Positions 17,905-28,270 of a DNA stretch of 64,000 nucleotides are shown piece by piece. Position 1 is the first letter of the stretch. Each line of letters begins with the position of its first letter. The translations under genes were made by a program, and so were the position numbers. This DNA comes from Phycisphaerae bacterium (GTDB lineage: Bacteria > Planctomycetota > Phycisphaerae > UBA1845 > Fen-1342). The stretch spans positions 32,001 through 96,000 of the forward strand of contig JASFQK010000014.1 in assembly GCA_050115495.1 (NCBI GenBank), read 5' to 3'. Below the pieces are notes generated by a model. That model was not told the origin of the DNA, did no database searches, and worked only from the letters and a program-made list of their open reading frames with translations.

Positions 17905-19305
17905 TCAGGCGAACAGACGCCAGCCGGCGGCCACTGCGGCGCAAACGACGAGGGCCAGTGCGAGCGGCATGAGGTTCGACCATAACGTCCACTTCACGCT
18001 GCGCGTCTCGCGGTAGATGGTCCACGTCGCCGTGGCGCAAGGGAAATGCAGCAGCGAGAAGAGCATCATGCAGAAGGCGGTGAGGAGTGTCCAGCCGTGC
18101 TCGCGGAAGAGCGCGCCGGCTTCGGCCGCGTCGAGCTCGGTCATCTGGCCGCCGGCCAGGTAGGCCATGATGATCGTGGGGAGGACGATCTCGTTGGCGG
18201 GCAAGGCGATGAAGAAGGCGAGCAGGAGCACACCGTCGAGGCCGAACCACCAGGCAACCGGATCGAGCCAGCCGGTGAGGTGGGCCATGATGCTGGCGCC
18301 GCCGACGTGGACGTTGCCGAGCAGCCAGATCACGCCGCCGGCGGGTGCGGCCGTTACGCAGGCCCGTGCGAGCACGAAGATGGTGCGGTCCATGATCGAG
18401 CGGTGGATCACGCGGAGGATGGCCGGTCGGCGATAAGGCGGTAATTCGAGGTAGAAGTGGCTCGCTTCGCCGCGAAGGACGGTGCCGGACAGCGCGCGGC
18501 AGGCCAGGAACGTGACGATCACGCCGAGCAGGCAGACGCCGGCGACGCAGGCTGTGGCGAGGACGCTGCGCCAGGCGGGTGGGGCGAGCGGGGCGACGAA
18601 GACGGTCGCAATGAGGATGACCGTCGGCCAGCGGCCGTTGCAGAGGACGAAGTTGTTGGTGACGATCGCGAGCAGGCGTTCGCGCGGCGATTCGATGATG
18701 CGGCACGCCGTCACACCCGCCGCATTGCAGCCGAAACCCATGGCCATGGTCAGGGATTGCTTGCCGTGGGCGCCGGCCCAGCGGTACAGGCGGTCGAGGT
18801 TGAAGGCGATACGCGGCAGGTAGCCGACGTCCTCCAGCAGCGTGAAGATCGGGAAGAAGATCGCCATCGGCGGCAACATCACGGAGATGACCCAGGCCAG
18901 GCCGCGGAATACGCCGTGCACCAGGAAGCCGGTCAGCCACCAGGGTGCGCCGACGGCGTTCATTCCCGCGGCAAGCTGGTCGTGGACCCAGAAGAGGCCG
19001 GTCGCCAGCCACTGGCTCGGCACGTTGGCACCAGTGATCGTCATCCAGAGGACGCCGGCGAGGAGCAGCAGCATCGTCGGGAAGCCGGCCCAGCGGCTGG
19101 TGAGGATCTTGTCGGCGAGGAGGTCCCAGTCGATGTGGCCCTTGCCGGTGACGTGGATGGAGGCGCCGGCGATTTCCTCGGCGCGGGTGTAGAGCGAGGC
19201 GGCGATGCGGTCGTGCACGCCGGTGCCGAGCTTGTCGCGCAGCTCGTCAGCGCGGGTCACGACGGCGGGCCAGCCACCGTCGGGTGGGGTCGGCGTGCGG
19301 GTCAT
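17905..19305 (-). CDS. feoB: ferrous iron transporter FeoB, membrane (Gate) half
   Basis: LLEDVGYLPRIAF, MGFGCNA, FYLELPPYRRP and LLHFPC motifs. Confidence 0.9.
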   Translation of the reverse strand: MTRTPTPPDGGWPAVVTRADELRDKLGTGVHDRIAASLYTRAEEIAGASIHVTGKGHIDWDLLADKILTSRWAGFPTMLLLLAGVLWMTITGANVPSQWLATGLFWVHDQLAAGMNAVGAPWWLTGFLVHGVFRGLAWVISVMLPPMAIFFPIFTLLEDVGYLPRIAFNLDRLYRWAGAHGKQSLTMAMGFGCNAAGVTACRIIESPRERLLAIVTNNFVLCNGRWPTVILIATVFVAPLAPPAWRSVLATACVAGVCLLGVIVTFLACRALSGTVLRGEASHFYLELPPYRRPAILRVIHRSIMDRTIFVLARACVTAAPAGGVIWLLGNVHVGGASIMAHLTGWLDPVAWWFGLDGVLLLAFFIALPANEIVLPTIIMAYLAGGQMTELDAAEAGALFREHGWTLLTAFCMMLFSLLHFPCATATWTIYRETRSVKWTLWSNLMPLALALVVCAAVAAGWRLFA

Positions 19306-20099
19306 GTGTACTCCCCCCGGCCGCCCGTCGCGATGAGCTGCCGCAGTTCGCCCGTTGCGACCATCTCGCGCATGCGTTCGTCGCCGGCGAGGAGGCGGAG
19401 GGCGATCCAGCGGGCGCACTTCAGGCCGGGCAGCGATGCGGTCAGCATGGCGGCGAGTTCGGCGACGGCGGGTTCGAGCTCATTGTCGAACTCGAGGCGG
19501 ATCGGTTGGGGCGTGCTGCGGCCGGCGGCAATCTCGTGCACGTGGTTGATCAGGTGATCGAGCCCCTGCCCCCGGCGAGCGGCCGTCGGCACGACCGGCA
19601 CGCCGAGCTCCTCTTCGAGCACGCGGGCTTCGAGAGCGATCTTCTTGCGGTTCGCCTCGTCGATGAGATTGGCGCAGACGACGACGCGGTCTGTGATTTG
19701 CAGGATTTGCAGGGCGAGGCCGAGGTTGCGTTCGAGGACGGTCGCGTCGCAGACGACGATCGTGCAGTCGGGGTTGCCGAAGAGGATGAAGTCGCGGGCG
19801 ACCTGCTCGTCGATGCTGTCGGCCAGGAGCGAATATGTGCCGGGAAGGTCGACGAGCTTGAACGTGGAGCCGGCGTGCTCGAAGGAGCCCTCGGCGCGGG
19901 CGACGGTCTTGCCGGGCCAATTGCCGGTGTGCTGGCGGAGGCCGGTGAGGTGGTTGAAGACGGTGCTCTTGCCCGTGTTGGGGTTGCCGGCGAGGGCGAC
20001 GACGAAATCGTGCCGTCCGCCGATCGTCAGGGCGACGGCTGACGGAGACTCCGCCGAGGGACGACCACTGCACGAACCGCAATCGGGCACGCCTGGCAC
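19302..20099 (-). CDS. feoB: FeoB N-terminal small GTPase half
   Basis: GNPNTGKST, GNWPGKTV, DLPGTYSL, NLIDE. Confidence 0.92.
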   Translation of the reverse strand: MPGVPDCGSCSGRPSAESPSAVALTIGGRHDFVVALAGNPNTGKSTVFNHLTGLRQHTGNWPGKTVARAEGSFEHAGSTFKLVDLPGTYSLLADSIDEQVARDFILFGNPDCTIVVCDATVLERNLGLALQILQITDRVVVCANLIDEANRKKIALEARVLEEELGVPVVPTAARRGQGLDHLINHVHEIAAGRSTPQPIRLEFDNELEPAVAELAAMLTASLPGLKCARWIALRLLAGDERMREMVATGELRQLIATGGRGEYT

Positions 20100-20666
20100 C
20101 TTCCTTTGCGCTCAGGAGACCGCGAGATCAACCGCGAAGCATACCATGTCCCCGCTGGGCGGGGCGACCGGTCACAGGTGTGCTATTGCCAGTGAACTTG
20201 CGTGGCATATTGAAGCCTCAGGCGCCGGCACGTCTTCTTCTCGCGCTGGGGCGACATGCCGGCGCTGCGCTTCGGCATGCCACACGCCGAATGGCGCCCG
20301 ACGCGCGCTTCTGTCCGAGCCGCAACCGGCAGGGAGCGGTGTACGCAGACGGCACCGTTATTGGCGGCGACCCGTCGCTGCCGCTCAGGGCTCGGATCGG
20401 GGGCGGCGGCGCGTCCTTGGGGGTATCGAACGTGTGCCGGGGTCAAGAGACGTTGCTCAAGAGCAGTGGCACACCGTGGCGTTTGTTGGCGATCGACGTC
20501 GGCCACGGGGGGCCGGCGCTACGGAGATCGCCACGACGGACGCTCGCCGACAACCGACGTCCGACACGGAGGCGGACGCTACATGCCACGCAACTCGCAC
20601 AGCCAGAACATCAATGGACGACGGCCGCGCCCGGCAACCCGGGGCGGCCGTCGGCACGCCCGAACA

Positions 20667-20894
20667 TCACACCATTACCGAAATCTGTCCCGCATCGTCG
20701 GCTCGGAGGGCGATCATGGCACCGCGGAAGCGGTAGCAGGCCGTGTCGCCGATTGGGCTGTCCATCACCCGCTCCACGACCGTTCCGGGAAGAAGGCCGA
20801 GGTCGAAGAGGCGCTGACGGAGGGAGCCACTGGCGGAAACGGAAAGGACGCGACCGGCATTGCCGCGTTTCAGGTTGCTCATCGGCATACTCAT
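20667..20894 (-). CDS. feoA: ferrous iron transport protein FeoA
   Basis: RQRLFDLGLLPGTVV...SPIGD...RGAMIALR; AGGAG RBS. Confidence 0.9.
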   Translation of the reverse strand: MSMPMSNLKRGNAGRVLSVSASGSLRQRLFDLGLLPGTVVERVMDSPIGDTACYRFRGAMIALRADDAGQISVMV

Positions 20895-21036
20895 CGGATT
20901 CACTCCTGCGGGCGGGAGCGTTGGTCGTAACCCGCATCACCGCCGTTGGTTGCTATCGTCTCGCGGCCGATTCGATCTCAGGTGTCCAGCGGCCGCGTCG
21001 ATTCACCCCACATGGTGAATCGTAGCACACCCTTAG

Positions 21037-21058
21037 AAACGTAGCCACGGTTACATTT
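21037..21058. promoter_or_regulatory. candidate metal-regulator operator upstream of feoA
   Basis: Imperfect palindrome AAACGTAGCCACGGTTACATTT in an AT-rich stretch. Confidence 0.45.
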
Positions 21059-21357
21059 ATTCCCTGAGGGGGTATTTTTCTTGCGGTGTCTGGGGAGTCT
21101 CTCAGGTCGGGTGACGTAACTGGTTGTTATGACATGTGTTAGCGAATGTTGGCCGATAACCTGCGCGCCCGCTTTCCGCGACGCAGACGTGCCGCGGCCC
21201 CTGTCGCGACATGCGGGGCGAGCGTGGTTTAGCTCGCCCGATAAGCGGGCCCTGGTTGTGCAATCCGCACCCGCAATGGATCGATTAACGGCTCCCCTGG
21301 AACCTGTCCGGCGGACGGTCTCCCAGGGCGGTTGGTGTCCCGCTAAGGGCCGCCGGG

Positions 21358-23079
21358 CTACATGTTACCCCAGCCGACAGGGGAGGCCCCCGCGCCGGTG
21401 TTGATCGTGTAACCCCGCTCATGCGCCCAACGCCTAGCCGCTGCGCTGAGCTTCCGTTGCCCGCAGTTCAGGAATACCTCGGCCATCTCCCGGTTGCCGC
21501 GCTCGTTGAGCGTTTGCGCAAGCTCCGCCAACACCTCGTCTTTGCCGCAGCCGATCAACGCGTAGAGCGCGTTGTGCATCGCCCGTGTCGAGTCGCCGAT
21601 GACGTCCTGCATCAGAACCGCCCTGGTGGTGGGCCAGCGATCGAGGAGTGCCTGACGCTGCCGCCTGGCCACGAGGTAGTGAATGCGGTCGGATTCGGTG
21701 GTAGGAATCCACCGGAGCCTCTCGAGTGCCAACGCCGCATCCGGCCCTGTCCCCCAGTCGAGCAGGCAATCGACGAGGACTCCGGCGGCATCCTCGCCGC
21801 CCAAGCGGAAGATCGTACGAATGGCCACAGTGCGCTGGTCCGATTCCAGCTCGGGGAGCTTCCGGACGATTGCGACCAGAGCTGTCCGGTCGCCAATCAA
21901 GCCCAGTGCCTCGATCGACGCTTCGCGCAGGTCCCGGAGCCGGTACCAGTCTTGGGATCCCTGCTCCCTGTTCAGAATCGTCACCAGCGGGACTACGGCC
22001 TGTTTCGCACGCAGCTTGCCAAGAGCCTCGGCAGCAGCCTCCTGCACCTCCATGTCCTCATCACTGAGTGCGGTGAGCAGAGGCCCGATCGCTTCGCGGT
22101 CGCCTAGCTGGCCCAGTGCGCGGGCGGCTGCTACCTGGAGTTCGCTGTCCTCGGCACGCAACGTCTCGATCAACGCTCCCACATCACGCCGACCACCCAG
22201 CGGCTGCGTGTCACGGTAGTTCTCCAGCCACCGCGCCCAGCGGTAACGGGGACTACCCAGTTTCATAAGCGTTCTCGCTATGTCGTGCGTCGCGTCGGCG
22301 CTGGCGTCGCAGAGTCGGGCTTCCAGCGGTTCGATGGCCGGCTCGCCTATGTGAACAAGAATAGTCATCGCCAAGTCGCTGACGCTGGTTGACGAGAAAC
22401 TCCCGAGGACGGGATCCGCTATGAACTGCGACTCGCCTCGGCGCCTGGACAGAAAGCGGAAGGTGCCGAGGACACGAGAAAGTGGGTCGACCGCAGCCGG
22501 GCCGATCTCGGCCAGAGCGACTGCTGCAGCAACCCGGACCTGGCTGTGTTCATCCTCCAACAACTCGATGAGCGGTTCGACCGCTGTGGCCTCACGAAGC
22601 CATCCCAAGCTGTTGGCCGCTGATAGCCGCATCGGCCAGGCGTCGTCCTTCAACGCCGCGATCAACCGCTCCGCGGTGTCAGGACCGCCTACCTGAGCCA
22701 ACGCCCGAGCGGCAGCGGCCCGAACGAACTCATCTTCGTCATCGAGGGCAGCGGTCACCGCCTGCCCAGCGTCCGGGCCGCCCACATGGCTGAGGCCCAC
22801 CGCTGCGGATGCACGCTCCTCCCAGCTTGCGGCGCCCAAACGCGCGATCTCCTCCGCCTCTGTCCGGGTCTCTTCGGTCTTGGCGGGCGGCATGCTCGTG
22901 TCGGGGATCGCCGCCGCGGACTCGGGATTGGGCGTAGGTTCACTTCGCGGCGTGCCAGCCGGCTCGTACCGCCCCAACGGCCCGGCGGTCCGGGGTCTTT
23001 GCGGCCCGCAGCCACCCACACCCGCTATCACAAACACGACCGACAAGCGTAAGGCGAGTAGTACTGTCTGATGCTTCAC
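21358..23079 (-). CDS. HEAT/PBS-lyase repeat lipoprotein
   Basis: Lipobox VGGC; repeated ALxDEDxxVRxAAAxALG units; GGAGG RBS before GTG. Confidence 0.85.
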   Translation of the reverse strand: MKHQTVLLALRLSVVFVIAGVGGCGPQRPRTAGPLGRYEPAGTPRSEPTPNPESAAAIPDTSMPPAKTEETRTEAEEIARLGAASWEERASAAVGLSHVGGPDAGQAVTAALDDEDEFVRAAAARALAQVGGPDTAERLIAALKDDAWPMRLSAANSLGWLREATAVEPLIELLEDEHSQVRVAAAVALAEIGPAAVDPLSRVLGTFRFLSRRRGESQFIADPVLGSFSSTSVSDLAMTILVHIGEPAIEPLEARLCDASADATHDIARTLMKLGSPRYRWARWLENYRDTQPLGGRRDVGALIETLRAEDSELQVAAARALGQLGDREAIGPLLTALSDEDMEVQEAAAEALGKLRAKQAVVPLVTILNREQGSQDWYRLRDLREASIEALGLIGDRTALVAIVRKLPELESDQRTVAIRTIFRLGGEDAAGVLVDCLLDWGTGPDAALALERLRWIPTTESDRIHYLVARRQRQALLDRWPTTRAVLMQDVIGDSTRAMHNALYALIGCGKDEVLAELAQTLNERGNREMAEVFLNCGQRKLSAAARRWAHERGYTINTGAGASPVGWGNM

Positions 23080-23390
23080 CGCCCAGGTCCTCCACAAGAC
23101 AATCCGCCACCCAATGCAAACCGCCCTGCTGAGACTGATCACCTTTCCGACCTTTCCCAACGGACGTCCACCCGGCTACGCGGTCAGGTGAGGTTCTGTC
23201 ATTGTAAGACCACGCTTGGCCTCGCCACAATCCGGCGGCTGACGGGCCGGGGAGAAGCCGCGCTCCAGCTTGCTGCTCGTGATCGTTGGCACGCTACGTC
23301 GTCCCCGGTAGTGAGTATACTCCGTTGCGTAATCGCCTGAGGCGTGCGCCTGCAGGTTCGGCGAGCCGCCGAGGTGGCGGAGGTGAGCGC

Positions 23391-24395
23391 GTGGCACGAG
23401 ATGACCGAACGAATGACGGTGCCCGGGCGCGAAGCCCTGCGAACCGGTTGGGGCTGGACTACCGGGCCGCTGCCCCCCACCGACTCGTCGGTTGCTCGCC
23501 TATCGACGTCCACACGCACGTACATCGTTGCCCGACCACGGCGGCGTTCTTTGAGGCCGCCGACACGTACGGGATCGGGCGGATCGTTTCGATGTCGCCG
23601 CTGGCGGATGTGCCGGGGTTGCTCACGGACTGGCCGGGGCGGCTGGAGTTCATTGCTGTCCCGCGCTGGCGGGAGTTGGCCAACGCGGCCCACTTTCAGC
23701 GGCAGTGGCTCGCCGATCTGGAGACGTTCCGGACGCACGGGGCCCGGGTGATGAAGTTCTGGGCGGCGCCGCGGCTGCGCGGGGACCTCGGGCTTACGAT
23801 CGATCACGACTTCTTCGGCCCGCTCATCCGAGAAGGGCTCGAGCTCGGCTACGACTTCATGGTGCACGTCGGCGATCCGAGCCCGTGGTTCGCGCCGGGC
23901 GGGCAGTACGCCGACGCGAGCCGGTACGGGACGAAGCTGCGGCAGTACGAGCAGCTCGAGTTTCTTCTGGAAGCGGTCGCGCCGCGGTTCGTCATCGCGG
24001 CGCATCTTGGCGGGAGCGTCGAGGAGCCGGACTTCCTCCAGGGGCTGCTCGATCGCTATTCGCACCTGTACCTCGATTGCAGTGCGACAAAGTGGATCGT
24101 TCGCGGCGTCGCGGACCAACCGGAGTGGCTGCGGGCGTTCTTCGTGCAGAACGCGGATCGCATCTTGTTCGGGACGGACATCGTCGTGGATGGGCGGTTT
24201 GACTTCGAGCATTACGCCAGCCGGTACTGGGCGCATCAGACGATGTGGGAGACGGCGTATCGCGGCGAGAGTCCGATCGATGACCCGGACGCGGACGGGG
24301 CGCCGCGGCTCGCAGGGATTGATCTGCCGATGAAGGTGCTGGAGAAGCTGTACGTCGGGAATGCGCGGCGGTTGGGGTTTGGGGAGGGGGCGTAG
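23391..24395 (+). CDS. amidohydrolase family (TIM-barrel metallohydrolase)
   Basis: IDVHTH, MKFW, MVHVGD, IAAHLG, LYLDCS, RILFGTD, NARRL. Confidence 0.88.
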   Translation: MARDDRTNDGARARSPANRLGLDYRAAAPHRLVGCSPIDVHTHVHRCPTTAAFFEAADTYGIGRIVSMSPLADVPGLLTDWPGRLEFIAVPRWRELANAAHFQRQWLADLETFRTHGARVMKFWAAPRLRGDLGLTIDHDFFGPLIREGLELGYDFMVHVGDPSPWFAPGGQYADASRYGTKLRQYEQLEFLLEAVAPRFVIAAHLGGSVEEPDFLQGLLDRYSHLYLDCSATKWIVRGVADQPEWLRAFFVQNADRILFGTDIVVDGRFDFEHYASRYWAHQTMWETAYRGESPIDDPDADGAPRLAGIDLPMKVLEKLYVGNARRLGFGEGA

Positions 24396-24575
24396 CGTTT
24401 GTCGGCGTTCGACGTCGGCCACGGGGGGCCGACGCTACGGGGGTGTGGCATGCTGAAGCGCAGCGCCGGCATGTCTTCTGCTCGCGTCAGGGACCATATG
24501 CCGGCGCTGCGCTTCGGCATGCCACACTGATCCGACGGCTACACAATGGTGGGGATGGGCGGGTAGCATCTGGGC

Positions 24576-26246
24576 ATGACGGATGTGGCGGGTCAGGATC
24601 GTTCTTCGCACGCGAGCAGGTTGGTGCTCGTGCTCATCCTGCTGGTGGCGGCGGGGCTGCGGCTTGTGGATCAGCCGGGAACTCCGCCGGGGATGAACCA
24701 TGATGCGGCGGCGAATGCATGGAACGCGTGGTGTCTGCTGAAGACGGGCACGGATCAGGAAGGCTGCGCGTGGCCGATCTTCTACTTCCGCGCGCATGGT
24801 GAGAACCGGAGCACGCTCTTCCTCTACCTGCTGCTGCCGTTTGAGGCGATCGGCGGGCTGAGCGTGTACACCAGCCGGCTGCCGGCGATTGTCGGCGGGC
24901 TGGCCACAGTGCTGCTCGTGTACTGGGTTGCGCGGTGGCTGTTCGATCAGCCAACCGCGCTGGCCGCCGCCGGCTTGCTGGCGATTAATCCGACGCACAT
25001 ACAGATGAGCCGTTGGGGGCACGAGGCGTCGGTGGCGCCGCTATTGACGCTGCTGCCGCTGGCGGCGTTGTTGTGGGCCGGTCTGCCACCGACGCAGGGG
25101 CAGGTTCGGCCGCGCCCCGGGCGGGCGCTGCTCGCCGGGCTGCTCGCGGGCGTGTGCTGCTACGGCTATCCGGCGGTTCGGCTGTTCCTGCCGCCGCTGG
25201 CCGTGGCCATCGTGCTGGTGGATGTGCGGGGCTGGTGGAGATTGCTGAACGATTGGCGCGGGCGGTTGGCCGTTGCCGGGCTCGCGCTCGGGTTGCTGGT
25301 TACGTTCACACCGCTGGCGTGGCAGCACGTCGTCGATCACGAGCACATCGGCAAACGGGCCGCGACAACGTGGATCTGGCAGGCCGACGATCCGCCGGCG
25401 ACGAAGGCCACGCGCGTATTGGAGCGCTACGCGGAACACTTCTCGCCCAAGTTCCTCCTGCGCGCGGGCGATGCGGACGAGGTGCTCTGGACGACCGGAT
25501 TCGGGTTTCTGCCGTGGTACTGCGTGCCGCTGCTGGCCGCGGGGCTGGTGGTCGTCGTGCCGCGCTTGCGAGATTCTGTCGCCGCCCGGCTCATTCCGGC
25601 GGGGATTGTGCTCTTTCCAGTCGGTGACATGCTCAACCGGCACATCAGCATGCACGGCCTACGCAGCTCGGCGGGGCTGATCTTCCTCATCCTGCCGGCG
25701 GCCGTGGGAGTGGGGCAAGGACTGGCGTACCTTGCGACGCGGCGCAAACGGGCGGCACTCGTGGCGGCGACGGTAGCGCTCGTCGCCCTGATCGTGCCCG
25801 AGACGGCCCGCTTCCTGCACGCATACTTCGTCGAGCGTCCGCCGCGCAGCGCGGTCTACAACGGCACGCAGGTCGACGTGCTCGAAGCGTGCCGCTATCT
25901 GAAGCCGCGGTTCGACGACGTCGACGCGGTCGTCTGCACGGCGTACGACACGAATCAGCCGTACCTGCTGATGCTGGTGAGCCTGGGCTACGACCCGCAG
26001 CGCTGGTTCGCCGAGCCGCGGGAGATCGAGCGCGGCCTGTGGGATCGGTACCTGCGCGTGGGCAAGATGTACTTCACGTTCGCCGACGAGCGCGACGCGC
26101 TCATCGCCCGCTGGCGAGAGAACGGGCGACCCGACCGCGTCTTTCTCATCCTCAACCCGGACGAGCCGGCGCCGGGACCGGCCGTGCATCGCATCATCCG
26201 CCCGGACGGTTCGACGGCCCGCGTGCTGTACGACGTGACGCTCTGA
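24576..26246 (+). CDS. ArnT/PMT-like GT-C membrane glycosyltransferase (paralog 1)
   Basis: GLRL...PPGMNHDAAAN, SRLP, multiple TM helices. Confidence 0.82.
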   Translation: MTDVAGQDRSSHASRLVLVLILLVAAGLRLVDQPGTPPGMNHDAAANAWNAWCLLKTGTDQEGCAWPIFYFRAHGENRSTLFLYLLLPFEAIGGLSVYTSRLPAIVGGLATVLLVYWVARWLFDQPTALAAAGLLAINPTHIQMSRWGHEASVAPLLTLLPLAALLWAGLPPTQGQVRPRPGRALLAGLLAGVCCYGYPAVRLFLPPLAVAIVLVDVRGWWRLLNDWRGRLAVAGLALGLLVTFTPLAWQHVVDHEHIGKRAATTWIWQADDPPATKATRVLERYAEHFSPKFLLRAGDADEVLWTTGFGFLPWYCVPLLAAGLVVVVPRLRDSVAARLIPAGIVLFPVGDMLNRHISMHGLRSSAGLIFLILPAAVGVGQGLAYLATRRKRAALVAATVALVALIVPETARFLHAYFVERPPRSAVYNGTQVDVLEACRYLKPRFDDVDAVVCTAYDTNQPYLLMLVSLGYDPQRWFAEPREIERGLWDRYLRVGKMYFTFADERDALIARWRENGRPDRVFLILNPDEPAPGPAVHRIIRPDGSTARVLYDVTL

Positions 26247-26293
26247 CGGCGGCGCATCTTTCTGCCCGTCACGCCGGCGGGTAGCATCCGTTC

Positions 26294-27982
26294 ATGCAAG
26301 CCGGCGCTAACGCTATTCCGCCAGAGCCAACGACCACGCCGAGCCGCCGGTCGCTGGTGGCGCTGGCCGTCATTCTGGCCGTCGCGGCGGCGTTGCGGCT
26401 GCCGACGCTGGACAGCGTGCCGCCGGGGCTCAATCAGGACGAGGCGGCGAACGCGTGGAATGCGTGGTGCCTGCTGAAGACGGGCACCGACCAGACCGGG
26501 GCACCGTGGCCGATCTTCTACTACCGCGCCCTCGGCGAGAACCGCAGCGCCCTGTTCCTCTACTTTCTGCTGCCGTTCCAGGCAGTCGGCGGGCTGAACA
26601 TCTGGACGACGCGATTGCCGGCGGCGTGCGCGGGGGTGCTCACGATCTTGCTCGTGTACTGGGTCATGCGGCGGCTGTTCGATCGGCCGGCGGGACTCGC
26701 CGCCGCGGCCTTGCTCGCGATCAACCCGGCGTTTATCCAGATGGGCCGCTGGGGGCACGAAGGTTGCGTTACCCCCCTGCTCACGCTGGCGCCGCTGGCG
26801 CTGCTGCTGTGGGCCGGATTGCCGCTGTCCGATCGGCCGGCTACGCCGCGGCCGTGGCGGGCACTCGTTGCCGGTCTGCTCATCGGGATTTGCTGCTACG
26901 GCTATCCGGCGGTGCGGCTGTTCGTGCCGATCTACCTCGTCGGAGCGGTGCTGGTGACGGCGCCGGGCTGGTGGGGATTGCTGCGGACCGTCGCCGGCCG
27001 GCAGACGCTGCTCACGCTGGCGATCGGCGTGGCGGCGACGTTCGGCCCGCTGGCGTACATGCACATGACCGACGACGCCATCGGCAAACGTGGCAGCATG
27101 ACGTGGCTGTGGAAGCCCGACGACCCGCTCGCCACCCGCGTCGAGAAAGTCGCCGATCGGTACGAGCAGCATTTCACCGCCGAATTCCTCTTTCGGCGCG
27201 GCGACGCCGACGCGATCGCCTGGACGCCGGGCTTCGGGCTACTGCCGAGGTACCTGCTGCCGCTCCAGGTTGCCGGGCTGATTCTGCTGCTGCCGCAGCT
27301 GCATCGACGGCGGGCGGCGCGGCTCGTTGCGCTCGGCGTGCTACTCTATCCGGCGGGGGATCTGCTCAACTGGCATACGAGCCTGCACGCGTTGCGCAGC
27401 TCGGCGGGGCTCGTGGCGTTGATACTGCCGGCGGCGATCGGCGTGGCGGTTCCGCTGTCGTACGCGGTGAGCCGGCGACTGCCGGCGGTGTTGCTGGCGT
27501 TCAGCGTTCTGCTGGCGGGGTTGATCTTGCCGGAGGAAGGCCGATTTCTGCACGCGTCGTTCGTCGAGCGGCAGACGCTGCATGAGACGTACGTGGGGAA
27601 TGCGGTGCCGCTACGGGCGGCGTGTGAATGGGTGCGGCCACGGTTGGCGGACGTCGACGCGGTCATCTGCACGACGCTCGATATGAACCAGCCGTATATC
27701 GTTACGCTGGTGACGCTCGGGCACGATCCGCGCAACTGGTTTGCCGAGCCGCGCGAGTTCCACAACGACGGGAAGTGGGATGTGTACACACGGTATGGGC
27801 GGTTTCATTTCCTGCCCGAAGTCGAGCGGGCGGCGTTGCTGGAGAGCTTCGCCGGCAACGGTCGGCCGGACCGCGTTGTGCTCTTTCTGAACCCTGCGGA
27901 GCCGCTGCCGATTCCGCCGGCGGCGACGATCGTGGGGCCGGATCGGCAGCCGGCGTTGCTGATTTACGACGTCGTGCGGTGA
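26294..27982 (+). CDS. ArnT/PMT-like GT-C membrane glycosyltransferase (paralog 2)
   Basis: ALRL...PPGLNQDEAAN; colinear and highly similar to the upstream gene. Confidence 0.85.
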   Translation: MQAGANAIPPEPTTTPSRRSLVALAVILAVAAALRLPTLDSVPPGLNQDEAANAWNAWCLLKTGTDQTGAPWPIFYYRALGENRSALFLYFLLPFQAVGGLNIWTTRLPAACAGVLTILLVYWVMRRLFDRPAGLAAAALLAINPAFIQMGRWGHEGCVTPLLTLAPLALLLWAGLPLSDRPATPRPWRALVAGLLIGICCYGYPAVRLFVPIYLVGAVLVTAPGWWGLLRTVAGRQTLLTLAIGVAATFGPLAYMHMTDDAIGKRGSMTWLWKPDDPLATRVEKVADRYEQHFTAEFLFRRGDADAIAWTPGFGLLPRYLLPLQVAGLILLLPQLHRRRAARLVALGVLLYPAGDLLNWHTSLHALRSSAGLVALILPAAIGVAVPLSYAVSRRLPAVLLAFSVLLAGLILPEEGRFLHASFVERQTLHETYVGNAVPLRAACEWVRPRLADVDAVICTTLDMNQPYIVTLVTLGHDPRNWFAEPREFHNDGKWDVYTRYGRFHFLPEVERAALLESFAGNGRPDRVVLFLNPAEPLPIPPAATIVGPDRQPALLIYDVVR

Positions 27983-28270
27983 TGCTGCTGTCGGGCGCTG
28001 TGTGGCATGTCGAAGCGCAGCGCCGGCATGTTGTTCGTGTCGCGAACGGAAGACATGCCGGCGCCTGAGAGCTTCGGCATGCCACACTCCGTGGCGGACG
28101 TCTTCCGCAGCACGACGCCACCTGTTCGAGCTGCGACTGGCGGAGAGTGGTTTGCGCAGACGGCGCGGTTGTACGCTACGACCCGCTCGCTGCTGCTCGG
28201 GGCTCGGATTGGCGTTGACACGCCTCATCCATCGCTGCCGCTCAGGGCTCGGATCCGGGGCGGCGCGGGG

